A stretch of DNA of 64,000 nucleotides from Octopus vulgaris (taxonomy: Eukaryota). The notes beneath the pieces are model-generated. The model made no database searches, was not told the origin of the DNA, and worked only from the letters and a program-made list of their open reading frames with translations. Each line of letters opens with the position of its first letter. The stretch's first letter is position 1. The position numbers and the translations under genes were made by a program. The DNA lies in NCBI GenBank assembly GCA_951406725.2, contig OX597840.1:13082001-13146000 (forward strand), given 5' to 3'. This document shows positions 51,692 through 64,000 of this stretch, piece by piece.

Positions 51692-52115
51692 TTATTCAGT
51701 AGAATTGCTGTTGGTTTCAACCACAGCCTCCAGAATACTTCAGAATCTCCTGCAACTCTTCTGGACTGTCTCCTTTAAGTTGGTGTCTGCTGCCATAATC
51801 CTTACCTTCAGTTTGTCTTTGGTGTTACAAAGAGTTTTGTTGGTCTCTTGATCAACTGCGCCCCACACATAACAATCAAGGGGGTTGCTGTCTGGAGAGT
51901 TAGGTGGCCAGATGCTAGGAGTGATGTTGTTGCAGAAATTGTCTGACAGTCAGGACTGTGTTCTCCTCCTTGTGTGACATGGTGCAGAGTCCTGTTGCCA
52001 GATACAGGGTCTTCCAGCAGCCACCCTTTTGACTCAGAGAGGCACTCGATGTACGCCCCCATATTGAGTCTGATGCCATGTGGCAAGATGAATGGAGGTA
52101 TAATGGAGGATGAAT
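51692..52115 (-). pseudogene. Tc1/mariner DD37D (maT-type) transposase relic, C-terminal part
   Basis: WQQDSAPCHTRRRTQS*LSDNF...IWPPNSPDSNPLDCYVWG: 37 residues between the 2nd and 3rd catalytic Asp; in-frame stops; interrupted by a SINE at ~52117. Confidence 0.85.
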
Positions 52116-52850
52116 GAAGGCAGCAAGCTGGCAGAAACATTAGCATGCTGGGAGAAAGCTTAGCGGTATTTCGTCTGCCGTTACGTTCCATACAGTAGGA
52201 CTGAACGCAGAACCATGTGGTTGGGAAACAAACTTCTTACTACACAGCCACAACTATACATATACACCCACATATGAAATGTATACATTTGTGTATATGT
52301 GCAATTATAATATATTTGTGTATACACATGGATAAAATATATGTGTGCATGTGTGTGTGCGCACATATACATTTGTACATAAATGTACACATAATATATG
52401 TAAGCACACATGTACATGTTTGTGTGTGTATGTTTATGTATCTGTCTGTATGTTGCTGTGTCCCTGTTAGAAGTGATTTGAGTATAAAAACCAAATCTCT
52501 GTTGTTAGATGTCAATGGATTCTTGTCTATGTTTTGCTATTAATATATGTTCAATCTGTATTTTGGGGTGGAAATTCTAACGTTTATCTCACTCCCGCAG
52601 TGTTTCAGTGTGTCTGTGTTTGGTATGTGTATGCCATTGTGTGTGTTTATGAGTCCGTATATGGTCGTGTGTGTGTATATATATATATACACACACACAC
52701 AAACACACATACAGACATACATAATTATATATACTGGTTATTTGTCAAGCAATTTGAGCTTTAAATTGTACTTACACACACACACACACACACAAACACA
52801 TACACATATATATACATACATTGCTGTATGTGTGTGTGTATGCATGTATG

Positions 52851-52897
<47 letters not shown>

Positions 52898-52986
52898 ATG
52901 ATATATGTGTGTCTGTATGCATATGTATATATATATATATATATACAAATATATGTGTGTGTGTATGTATGACTGCATATACATAC

Positions 52987-53046
<60 letters not shown>

Positions 53047-53378
53047 CAAACTATGTCTCTGACTGTGTATATATGTCTCTGTCAGTCTGTGCTTATTCCA
53101 ATAGCCGCCATTTTCTTTATCAAAGGACTACTTTTTATTCATTGCTTACAAATGTCTCTTCTTTTATGATATTCCACTACAAATACAAACATCCACTGTT
53201 ACTTTTCTTGTGTGCATTGTACACACACACACACACACAATGTGTGTTTGTGTGTGTGTATGTGTACATATATGTGTATGTGTACATAGATATGTATGTA
53301 CACACACACACACATATATATCTACATATATAAATGTACTTATATGTAAACATGTATATGCGCATGTATATATATGTG

Positions 53379-53411
<33 letters not shown>

Positions 53412-53528
53412 GTATGTACAACCATATATAAGTGTATAATGTATATATGTACAGTCATATATATATACTCATATATATATATATATATATATGCACATAC
53501 GTATATGTATGTACACACACATGTGTAT

Positions 53529-53563
<35 letters not shown>

Positions 53564-53786
53564 TAAGAGTGAGAGGGATGACATTGAACTCCAATGTAAA
53601 TGAAGGAAATATATAAATATTCCAATGAGGAATTTCATGCAATTGCTTGCAATGGTGTTTAGCACCACAAGAGAATCCAGAGAACCATTTATTGGTTTGT
53701 TCGGTTTTGTTCTTGTTTGCTGTTGTAACATCATGCTACTACTATGTCTGGAACTGTTGCTACTGCTACCATTAATGTTGCTGCTG

Positions 53787-53818
<32 letters not shown>

Positions 53819-54170
53819 GTTACCATTATCACGACCACCGCCACAACAACTGCTACTACTTCTACTACTTGACCATGCCACCACCACTATGATCACTACT
53901 GCAACTACTACTACTACTACTAGTAGTACTGATAATAATCCTTTCTACTGGAAGCAGAAAGCCTCAAATTTGGGGTATTGGAGGAAGAGATTAAGTCAAT
54001 CACATCTACCCCAGTGCATGACTGGTACTTATTTAATCGACCCCGAAAGGATGAAAGGCAAAGTCAACCTCAGCGGAATTTGAACTCAGAACATAGCGAC
54101 GGGTGAAATACCGCTAAGCATTTCATCCAGTGTGCTAACGGTTCTACCAGCTTGCCGCCTTGGTTGTAGT

Positions 54171-54219
<49 letters not shown>

Positions 54220-54224
54220 GTAAA

Positions 54225-54259
<35 letters not shown>

Positions 54260-54439
54260 AACGAACTACTGAGTTTGGTTTAATGGCCTACCAATATACA
54301 CTATGAGTTTCTTTGCCCTAGGAGTCGGGAAGACACTCAGCAAGAAATGGAAGAAAATTTGAAAGAAGAAAAAAAAAGTAATAATAATAGTAATAATAAT
54401 AATAATAATAGTAATAATAATAATAATAATAATAATAGC

Positions 54440-54800
54440 TTTCTGAGAGCACAAACCTCCACCAAGACAACACCAACATCTTCTCAATAATTAGTCAGAG
54501 TTGATTTTTAAAATAAGAATATCTGAAATAAACTCAACTGCTCTCACAAAGGAGAATACTAAAAATGAACTCAACTGCTCTCAAAAATTAAGTAAAAAAA
54601 AAAAGGAAAAATAATCCAGAAACCTTGTTCGGTACTGGATCAATCCCAAAATCTAATCAGTTTGTGCCAGTCACAAGGCCAAACATCTCTGATAGTTTCA
54701 TCCGAATCCATGCAGCAGTTCTTGAGATATCTTGTCCACGGACAAACAAACAAACATGACTGAAAACAATACCTCTGCCTTCACTAATGTGGAGGTAATA
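54440..54800 (+). mobile_element. Helentron/DINE-1-like non-autonomous element
   Basis: 5' ACCTCCACCAAG, internal AATCTAATCAGTT...TTTCATCCGAATCC...GAGATATC...(ACAA)n, 3' hairpin TACCTC...GAGGTA; flanked by TAA repeats. Confidence 0.55.
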
Positions 54801-55749
54801 ATAATGATTGTTTGTTCCTTCTCAAGCCATGCCTGGCTCATAAGGGCTGGTTTCCCGGTTTCCTTGGCGTATAGGATTCCCCACCTGGATGGGACGCCGG
54901 TACGTCGCAGGTGAGCTGCTAGATGCAGGAGGAAAGAGTGAGAGAAAGTTGTGGTGAAAGAGTCAGCAGAAGTTCGCCATTACCTTCTGCCGGAGCCACG
55001 TGGAGCTTAGGTGTTTCGCTCATAAACACACACATTGCCCGGTCTGAGATTCGAACCTGCGATCCCTCGGCAGCAAGTCTGCTACTCTAACCACTAGGCC
55101 ATATGCCTCTACAATAATATTGATAAGGGTTTTTAATTTAGGCACAAGGCCAGCAATTTTGAGTGGGTGGGGTACGTTGCTTGCATCAGTTCCAATGCTT
55201 GACTGGTACTTTATGTCATTCACTTCGAAAGGATGAAAAGCAAAGTTGACCCAGGTGGGATTTGAACTGTGAATGTAAAAAGAGGAAGAAATGCCACCGA
55301 ACGTATTTTGTCTGGTGCTCTCTCTCTTTTACTCTTTTACTTGTGTTTCAATCATTTAACTGTGGCCATGCTGGAGCACTGCCTTTTAGTCGAGGAAATC
55401 AACCCCAGGACTTATTCTTTGTAAGCCTAGAACTTATTCTATCAGTCTCTTTTGCTGAACTGCTAAGGTACAGGGACATAAACACACCAGCATCGGTTGT
55501 CAAGTGATGTTGGGGGGAGAAACATCGACACATAAACGTATACACACACACATACATATATGTATATATATACATATATACGATGGGCTTCTTTTCAGTT
55601 TCTGTCTACCAAATCCACTCACAAGGCTTTGGTCGGCCCAAGGCTATAGTAGAAGACACTTGCCCAAGGTGCCACGCAGAGTGACTGAACCCGGAACCAT
55701 GTGGTGCATTAACAATTCTATTACTTTGTGGCCTTAATGATAATAATGA

Positions 55750-56885
55750 TCCTTTCTTCCAAAGGCAGAATGCCTGAAATTTTGGGGGAGCAGGTTGGTT
55801 GATTGCATCAACCCCAGTGCATAACTGGTATTTATTTCTTTGACCCTGAAAGGGTTGAAAGGCCAAGTTGACCTCAGCTGCATTTGAACCCAGAACATAA
55901 AGACAGACGACATGTCACTAAGCTTTATGCCGTGCTAATGATTCAGCCAGCTCATCGCCTTCTCATTAATAATAATTATAATTATAAATAAATTCTTCAT
56001 TGCCCACAGGAGGCTAAACATAGAGGGGACAAACAAGGACAGACAAAGGGATTTTCAATTACATCGACCCCAGTGCATAATCGGTACTTATTTAATCAAC
56101 CCTGAGAGGATAAAAGTTAAGTCGACCTTGGTGGAATTTGAACTGAACTCAGAATGTAATTGCAGACGAAATACCGCTAAGCATTTCGCCCGGGTGCTAA
56201 CGATTCTGGCAGCTCCCCTATTTATAATAATAATCCTTTCTACTCTAGGCACAAGGCCTAAAATTTTGGCGGGTGGAGACAAGTCAGTTTCATCGACCCC
56301 AGTGTTTCACTGGTACTTAATTTATCGACCCCCAAAAGGATGAAAGGAAAAGTCGACTTTGGTGGAATTTGAACTCAGAATGTAAAGATGGATGAAATGC
56401 TGTTGAGCATTTACCCAGCATGCTAATGATTCTTATTTCTTTATTGCCCCCAAGGGGTTAAATATATAGGGCATAGACAAGGACAGACAAAGGGATTAAG
56501 TTAATTAGATCGACCCCAGTGCGTAACTGGTACTTAATTTATCGACCCCGAAAGGATGAAAGGCAAAGTCGACCTCAGCTGAATTTGAACTGAGAACATA
56601 GCAGCAGACGAAATACCACTGAGCATTTCGCCCCACGTGCTAACATTTCTGCCAGCTCGCCCCTTCATTTAAGGCAGTGAGCTGGCAGAACCATTAGCAC
56701 GCCGGGTGAAATGCTTCGCGGTATTTTGACAGCCACTATGTTCTCAGTTCAAATTCTGCTGAGGTCAGCTTTGCCTTTTATTCTTTTGAGGTTGATAAAT
56801 TAACTACCAGTTATGCACTAAGGTCAATGTAATTGACTAAACCCTCCTACAAAATTTCAGGCCTTGAGCTTAGAGTAGAAAGGAT
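55750..56885. mobile_element. SINE B cluster (several - copies, one + copy)
   Basis: Repeated B consensus blocks; also at 50922-51150 (TSD CC[A/G]GTTGAAATAT), 53938-54161, 60290-60505, 60800-61000. Confidence 0.85.
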
Positions 56886-57857
56886 TATTATTATTGAGTG
56901 AGAGAGCAGTGCATGCCATCAAAGTAACACTGGGATACAAATATACAAAGCCTAGTATACCCGTCATGACTACCCGTCTGATAAGGGTACACTAGGCACA
57001 TACATCACAACCATATGTGCCCAACATGGTGATCTCCTATCAAGATAAACAGTGCATGACCTTGCTGGTGGGGCCTTGTTAGAGTTTTATTCTGGTCAAG
57101 TAGCCCATCCCGCTCAAAAGGTCCCTGAATAAGGGTTGTTTTAAGTATGTTGAATGAAGCACCCATGTTTGCAGAGATGAATTATTCAGACTACCCAAAA
57201 TTCCTCTCAAAACGTTATGATGCTCTCCCAATGCTTCTGCACATATCATCAGCCACCAATGTTCATGTTCAACTGGTCACGGTCAAACAACTGACAAGCA
57301 AATCTGTGGTATTGAGCAGAATATTTGCTGTAGCAAATATTAAAGGTGGTGAACTGGTAGAATTGTAAGAACACCAGACAAAATTCTTAGGAACATTTTT
57401 ATTGGGTCTTTATTTTGTAAGTTTAAATGCTACTGGGGTTGACTTTGCTTTCGATCCTCTCAGAGGCAATAAAATAAGTACCAATTGGGCACTGGATTTG
57501 ATGTAATCGAGTTACTTTTCCATCAAAATTGCTGGCCTTGCTCCCAATTTTGAAACCATTATTTAAAGCTTATCTGCTTTGAGATCCAGTATTCCAAAAA
57601 TAATTATTGCTTGATTTTTTTTTTTTTTAAAGTTTTTAAAATTCTTATGGTATAATTGTTTCTCTCAAATTTTTATAAAATTACCATTGCTGAGAAAAAA
57701 GTTTGTAAGCTGAATGAAGAAATTTGAAGAATTGTTTTGATCCAGTGGTTTGACCACTGTCTTGTTTACAGAAGATAAACAGTTGAGTCCCATGGACCGC
57801 CTTCAACTTTTTCCATCGAAGCACATTTTTAATTCAATGTCTGTAAAAAGAAGTGTA

Positions 57858-58290
57858 TCACCATCATTTAGCATCCATTTTCCCTGCTGACATGGGTTTG
57901 ATAGGAACTGGTAAGCTGGAGAGCTTCAACAGGCTCCAGTCTCTTTTGGGTTAGTTTCTACAGCTGGATGCCCTTCCTAGTGCCAACCACTCCGAGTGTG
58001 TAGAGGATGCCTTTTACATGTCACCGGCTTAGGTAGCTTTCATGTATCATTGGCATGGGTGTATTTCATGTGCCCCCAGCATGGGTACCCATCACATGTT
58101 ATTGGCATGGGTGCCTTTTACGCATCACTGGTACTGGCCATGACTGCAATTTCATTTGACTTGATGTCTCTTCTCAAGCATAGCAAATTGCCAAAGGTTT
58201 TGATCACTTGTCATCACCTCTGTCAGACTCAACATCTGAGCATCATTCTTCACTACCTCATCCCATATCTTCTTGGGTCTACATCTTCCA
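57858..58290 (-). mobile_element. RTE-clade LINE 3' end
   Basis: Minus-strand RPKKIWDEVVKNDAQMLSLTEVMTSDQNLWQF plus the same 3' UTR module. Confidence 0.75.
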
Positions 58291-59958
58291 TGTATATATA
58301 TATTATCATCATCGTTTAACGTCCGCTTTCCATGCTAGCATGGGTTGGACGATTTTGACTGAGGACTGGCAAACCTGATGGCTGCAAGGTTGTTTGTGGG
58401 AGACCAGCAATCACCCATGCATACCAGCCTCCCTTCTCCACACCACCGATGTTGTCCAAGGGAAAGGCAAAGGGGCTGATATATGATTGTTTCATCTCAC
58501 TGTAAACCCTATGTTATTGTATCTAACCATTTCTTGTGTCCTTCATATTGATGTACCTAGATTCTAATGAATTTTATAACTCACCTGTCTGTCTGACCTT
58601 CTGTCTGACCCTCTGTCTCACTGTCTATTTGACTTTCTGTCTGTCTGTCTCTCTATCTAATCTTACCCTAACCCTACCAACACCTGAAACTTTCATGGCT
58701 GTTTCATCTCACTGTGATCCCTATGTCATTGTACCTAGCCATTTTTGGCATCCTACTTGTTCATGTGCCTAGATTCTAAAGAATCCTATAACTATACATA
58801 CGTACATACATACCTACATACATACATACATACATACATATACATATATACAAACACACACACACACATATATATATATATTACTATTTCTGACACACTC
58901 CCATACACAATTCATTGACTTTAAATGTTGTAAATGAAATATTTATTGCATTATTACATTCAAAGCCAAATGGTTTCATGATCTTTGAAGATTAAACAGT
59001 AATATTTATATTACAAGTTATTTATGATCCCCCCTTGTCACCCCCCCCCCACATCAAAATATTATACTAATGCGTCTGCTAATAGATCTTGTTTTTATGT
59101 GTGTATTTATTATGTTTGAGCTGTGAAAAATCCATCGTTCCTGCTTGTATTACATCCATATATATATATATATATATCATGATGTACATATAGGTGCCTA
59201 ATGTACTATTATATGTACACACACACACACACATGTTATATATATATATGTGGGTGTGTGTGTGTGCATACATATATGTAGTGTGTGTATATATATATAC
59301 ATACACACACATGTATATATATATATATATATATAAATGCATATGAATATACACACATATATATATGTATGTAATATATGTGTGTGCATACATATATGTA
59401 GCATGTGTATATATATATATATATATATGCATGTATGTATATACACACACATACACACATGTATATAAGCACACACATGGATATATATATGTATATATAT
59501 AGATATACATACACACACATGTATATATAAATACATCATAAATATAAATACACACACATACACACAAATATGATGTGTTTTATTAGATAATAGATTGTGT
59601 ATAGCATAGTTAATTTTCAGTTGAGAATGTTAAATCACCTCGTTAATGTTCATAATGTTTTAATCTTCAAAGAGGGGACAGGTTCTTTTGTCTATCATAC
59701 TTCCCCCCCCCCTTTTTTTTGTATGTTTGTGTGTTTTTCAGTTGAAACAGTTTCTGTTCAGGACTTTAATTTCGACCAATAAACTTAAAAGAACTAAAAT
59801 ATCAAAAGTAAAAAACAAAAACTACATTAAAAAAAAAAAAGAATATGTACAACAAATATAGAAACATCTGAAATCAGTATTTTGGAGAGATTAACAAGAG
59901 ATTAACAAAAGGGGCCTACATTTCATTTGATGACGATGATGATGATGATGATAATAAT

Positions 59959-60247
59959 TCGTTCGTTTTTTGGCCACAAGGGCTAACAAAAATCAATTAA
60001 AACATAAAGGGACAAAACACAGGACGAAAGTTACAAAGGGTTTTGTCCGTTTGAAAAGGGTCCGTGTACAAAAGCAGGATAACAACGAAATGTAAGTAAC
60101 AATTAAAACTCCCAATAGGGGGAGGCGCTTCGAAAAGTTACTCTTGGAAAAACCCATAAAAGCCACAGGAGCCTGGTCAAAAGGTGGGGGTAGAGAGCCC
60201 CTTTCTCCTTTTATATTTCCTTTTAATTCACACAGGTGTATCTGCAG

Positions 60248-60248
<1 letters not shown>
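59959..60248 (-). mobile_element. Second, short 3'-UTR copy of the same Tx1/L1 LINE
   Basis: Clear homology to 28940-29200 (CACAAGGGCTAA, AAAACTCCC, GGAAAAACCCATAAAAGCCACAGGAGCCTGGTCAAA); flanked by TAA/TGA triplet repeats on both sides. Confidence 0.85.
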
Positions 60249-60285
<37 letters not shown>

Positions 60286-60516
60286 TGATAATCCTTTTTA
60301 CTATAGGCACAAGGCCTGACATTTTGTGGGAAGGGTCTAGTTGATCACATCAACCCCAGTGTTTTACTGGTACTTATTTCATCAACCCCGAAAGGATGAA
60401 AGATTAAGTCGACCCCAGGGGGTGGGACTTCAACTCAGATTATAGCGACAGGTGAAATACCTGCAGTTCGTCCAACGTTCTAATGATTCTGTCAGCTTGC
60501 TGCTTTAATGATAATG

Positions 60517-60560
<44 letters not shown>

Positions 60561-61002
60561 GATAATAATGATGATAATAATAATAATAATGATAATAATA
60601 ATGATAATAATGATGATAATAATAATGATAATAACGATTATAATAATGATAATAATAATAATAATGATGATAATAATAATAATGATAATAATAATGATAA
60701 TAATAATAATAATGATAATAATAATGATAATGATAATAATAATGATAATAATAATAATGTTGCTGTTGTCATTGTTGCTACTGTTATCATTAAGTTGATG
60801 AATTGGTGGAATCATTAGCATACCAGGCAAAATGCTTAGCGGCATTTCATGTTCTTTACATTCTGAGTTCAAATTCCACCGTGGTTAAATTCACCTTTCA
60901 TTCTTTTGGGGCCAACAAATTAAGTATCAATGAAACACCGAAGTTGATGCAATTGACTAGTCCCCTCCCCCAAAGTCCAGGCCTTGTGCTTTTAGTACAA
61001 GG

Positions 61003-61033
<31 letters not shown>

Positions 61034-61035
<2 letters not shown>

Positions 61036-61582
61036 GAGTGAGAGAGCAGTGCATGCCATCGAAGTGACACTGGGGTAAAATATACAAAGCCCAGTATACC
61101 GATCATGACTACCCGTCTGATAAGGGTACACCAGGCACATGCATCACAACCATATGTGCATGACATGGTGATCTCATATCAAGGGGCCTTGTTAGAATTT
61201 TCTTAATCTCAAGTAGCTCACCCTGCTCAAAGCTCCCCGAATAAGGGTTATTTAAGGATATTGAACAGAACATCCATATTTTCAAAGGTGAATTATTCAA
61301 ACCCCAAAGAATCCCTCTCAGTACATGACTACGATGCTTTTCCACCACTTCTGCTCGTGATCAGAGATGCACATATTGTCCGCTACTAAGGGACATGCTC
61401 AACCGGCGAGGGTCGTGCAACCGACAAGCAAATCTGTGGTATTGAGCAGAATATTTGTTGTAGTCCATCTTTTTTATACCAAGACAAAATATGTACATGT
61501 TAACATTACCAATCAGTTAACATCAGAAGCCAATAGAACCACTGCCTGGTACTGCATTGGGGTATTGGTACTGTATCAGGAC
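61034..61582 (-). mobile_element. Longest family C copy
   Basis: Same 3' terminus as the other copies; extends furthest 5'; flanked by TTA repeats. Confidence 0.8.
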
Positions 61583-61609
61583 ATTATTATCATTATTATT
61601 GTTATTTAC

Positions 61610-61960
61610 TTTTAATCTGCACGCTTGCTACAATCACTTGTCGGGACACACCCAGCGTCATAGGGTGAGTGATGGATAAGAGATGTTACAGTATGACTGA
61701 AAACTTGGGGAGGGAAGTGGCCAGGGCAGTAGCGAAATACCTTCATATACAACACAGACATTTAAATATATAGGGTTTTTCTAAGGATGTGGGCAGTACT
61801 TGTCAGTACAATTTTTTGGATTTCTCTGAGATATGGTTCTCCTGGGATGTTGTCTAGATGTTTCTGACATCCCTTTTTTATCATACCTAGGGCACCTACA
61901 ATAACAGGAATAGTTTTTGCTTTAACATGCCACATCTTTTGTGTTTTAATTTCCAGGTCA
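61610..61960 (-). mobile_element. R4/Dong-like RLE retrotransposon 3' fragment
   Basis: Minus-strand DLEIKTQKMWHVKAKTIPVIVGALGMIKKG plus 3' UTR ending near a TAA-rich tract; a second short copy of that 3' end lies at ~61975-62030. Confidence 0.75.
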
Positions 61961-63014
61961 TTATTATTATTATATTTTACTTTTAATCTGCGTATTTGTT
62001 ACAGTCACTTGCTGAGGCATACCCAGTGTCCTTGGGCAAGTGTCATCTATTATAGCCTTGGGCCAACCAAAGCCTTGTGAGTGGATTTGGTAGATGGAAA
62101 CAGAAAGAAGCCCATCGTGTGTGTGTGTGTGTGTATATATATAGATAGATATAGATATATGTGTGTGTGTGTGTGTGTGTATATGTTTCTGTGTCTGTGT
62201 TTGTCCCCCCAACATCGCTTGACAACCGATGCTGGTGTGTTTACGTCCCCGTAACTTATCAGTTCAGCAAAAGAGACCGATAGAATAAGTACTAGGCTTA
62301 CAAAGCATAAGTCCTGGGGTCGATTTGCTCAACTAAAGGCGGTGCTCCAGCATGGCCACAGTCAAATGACTAAAACAAGTAAAAGAGATAAAGAGTATAC
62401 AGTATGACCACGTGAAATACCTGGCATCACTGTTAGGTTCCAGTAACAGGCAATGGTCGTTAACTTGTTAAATTCACAACCAGGACTACGATAATACCTG
62501 GCTGCAAACTGCCAGGTGGGTCATTGTAGCCTGGTGATTTTGTTAAAGGACAGGTATGATCACTTTGCTGGTTTACCTGTCGATTGTGTCTGATAACAGG
62601 CATTTAGTGTGTGTCTGCTGGGTACTGACCTGATCATTTGGATGGGGTGTTGCCAAGTATTAAGAATATTTTTCCTTAGCATTATGTTTCCAAACTCAGG
62701 GTGTATGTTCCATGATGTAGCATCTACCATACTGCAAAATAAGGTAATTATCTCAAGCTCTACAACTTTATAACACACCTGTGTATTGAGTACTTGTGTT
62801 TTAGTACATAGACATACAAAAAATTACACACACACACACACATATATGTGGTATTTTTTTCTTTATATGATATATGTATAGTATCATTAATAGTTATTGT
62901 CAAGCTAATATGGCAGTCCAGAAATATAGGATAAATGTATAGTATTGGTTTTCCATATAATACACACACACACATGTATGTCTGTATGTCTGTCTGTCTG
63001 TCTGTCTGTCATGG

Positions 63015-63380
63015 TTCAGTTTTATTTTAAGAATTCTTGCCAATAGAGAAAGCACCAGTTTCTAACTTAGATAAAAGGCTCCTTGATTGGAATTTCAACA
63101 TCAACAACAGGGTATTTTTGTATGTATGTGTGTGTGTTTGTGTGTGTGTGCAGATTTGTATGTTTTGTTTTATGTATGTATTCTCATGCATATAGTTGCA
63201 TTTCTAGATATACTCATGTAATATTTAAATGATAGACTTCTGGAAAGTTTTACAAATCTTTACAGTTCCAGTGATGGATTGGATCTGATGTCTTCAAATC
63301 AGCTTTCTCCTTTCTGGCTTTGAGAAGCCTAATTTCTCAAGATTGGTATTTAGGCAGTGTGTTACATATCTCAGGGCCTC
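63015..63380 (-). mobile_element. Tandem 5'-truncated copy of the same RLE element 3' end
   Basis: Diverged duplicate of ~63411-63745 (TTCTTGCCAATAG, TTCCAGTGATGGATTGGATCTG, TTCTCAAGATTGGTATTTA). Confidence 0.85.
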
Positions 63381-63410
63381 ATGTATGTTTGTATGTATAT
63401 ATGTTATTAT

Positions 63411-64000
63411 TCAATTTATTTCAAGATTTCTTGCCAATAGAAAAAGAACCGGTTTCTAACCTAGATCCAAGGCTCCTTCATTGGAATTTCAACATCAACC
63501 ACAGGGTATTTTTTTATGTATGTGCAGAGTTATATGTTTTATACATGTATTCTCATGCATATAGTTACATATCTAGACATGCGCATATATGTTTTAATGA
63601 TAAACTTCTGGAAAGCTTTACAGATTTGTCCATTTCCAGTGATGGATTGGATCTGTAGTTTTTGAATTAGCTTTCTCCTTTCTTGTTTTGAGAAGCCTAT
63701 TTCTCAAGATTGGTATTTATGCAGTGTGTTACATATCCCAAGGTCCCAATAATCACATGTATAAACCTGAACTTGTAATCTAGGTAGAATAACTGCAGAT
63801 TTCTCAATAGTTCAGCATAAGTGTTCTCTTTTTCACTGATCTTCAGCTTTATGTTAACATATGATGGGCAGCTAATTTCTACAACTGTGCACAGTTTTTC
63901 TTCCCTATCCCAAATCATTATATCGGGTCTGTTGTGCTTACATTTTATTGAGGTCTTCACTGGTACATTCCACCAGTACTGCTTTTTATGATGAGTGGCT
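63411..64000 (-). mobile_element. R2-superfamily (restriction-like endonuclease) non-LTR retrotransposon 3' end; runs off the window
   Basis: ORF 63697-63960 HNRPDIMIWDREEKLCTVVEISCP...KISEKENTYAEL...VIIGTLG carries the PD-(D/E)xK RLE motif; 3' UTR extends to ~63411. Confidence 0.88.

Overview
AT-rich, microsatellite-saturated eukaryotic genomic DNA. The repeat families suggest a coleoid cephalopod, most likely Octopus (inference). The only host coding sequence I can support is one 231-bp phase-1/phase-1 exon (40461-40691, +) encoding the PAS core of an ERG/KCNH-type voltage-gated K+ channel, so the window is probably two very large introns. The rest is mostly mobile-element debris: several tRNA-headed SINE families (labelled A, B, E, F, G here), a (TAA)n-associated retroposon (C), fragments of Tx1/L1, RTE, CR1 and R2/R4-type LINEs, a DD37D mariner relic, Helitron/Helentron-like and MITE elements, a variant tRNA-Asp(GTC), and mini/microsatellites. 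Most interesting: (i) a perfect 3'-half U6 snRNA copy fused at its U4 end to a structured LINE-type 3' tail; (ii) several minimal type-I hammerhead-ribozyme-like motifs, one with a compensatory G3-C8 core inside a TSD-flanked ~210-bp insert; (iii) a SINE tail shared with a Tx1-type LINE. Repeat boundaries were read by eye and are approximate. Family letters are my own labels.
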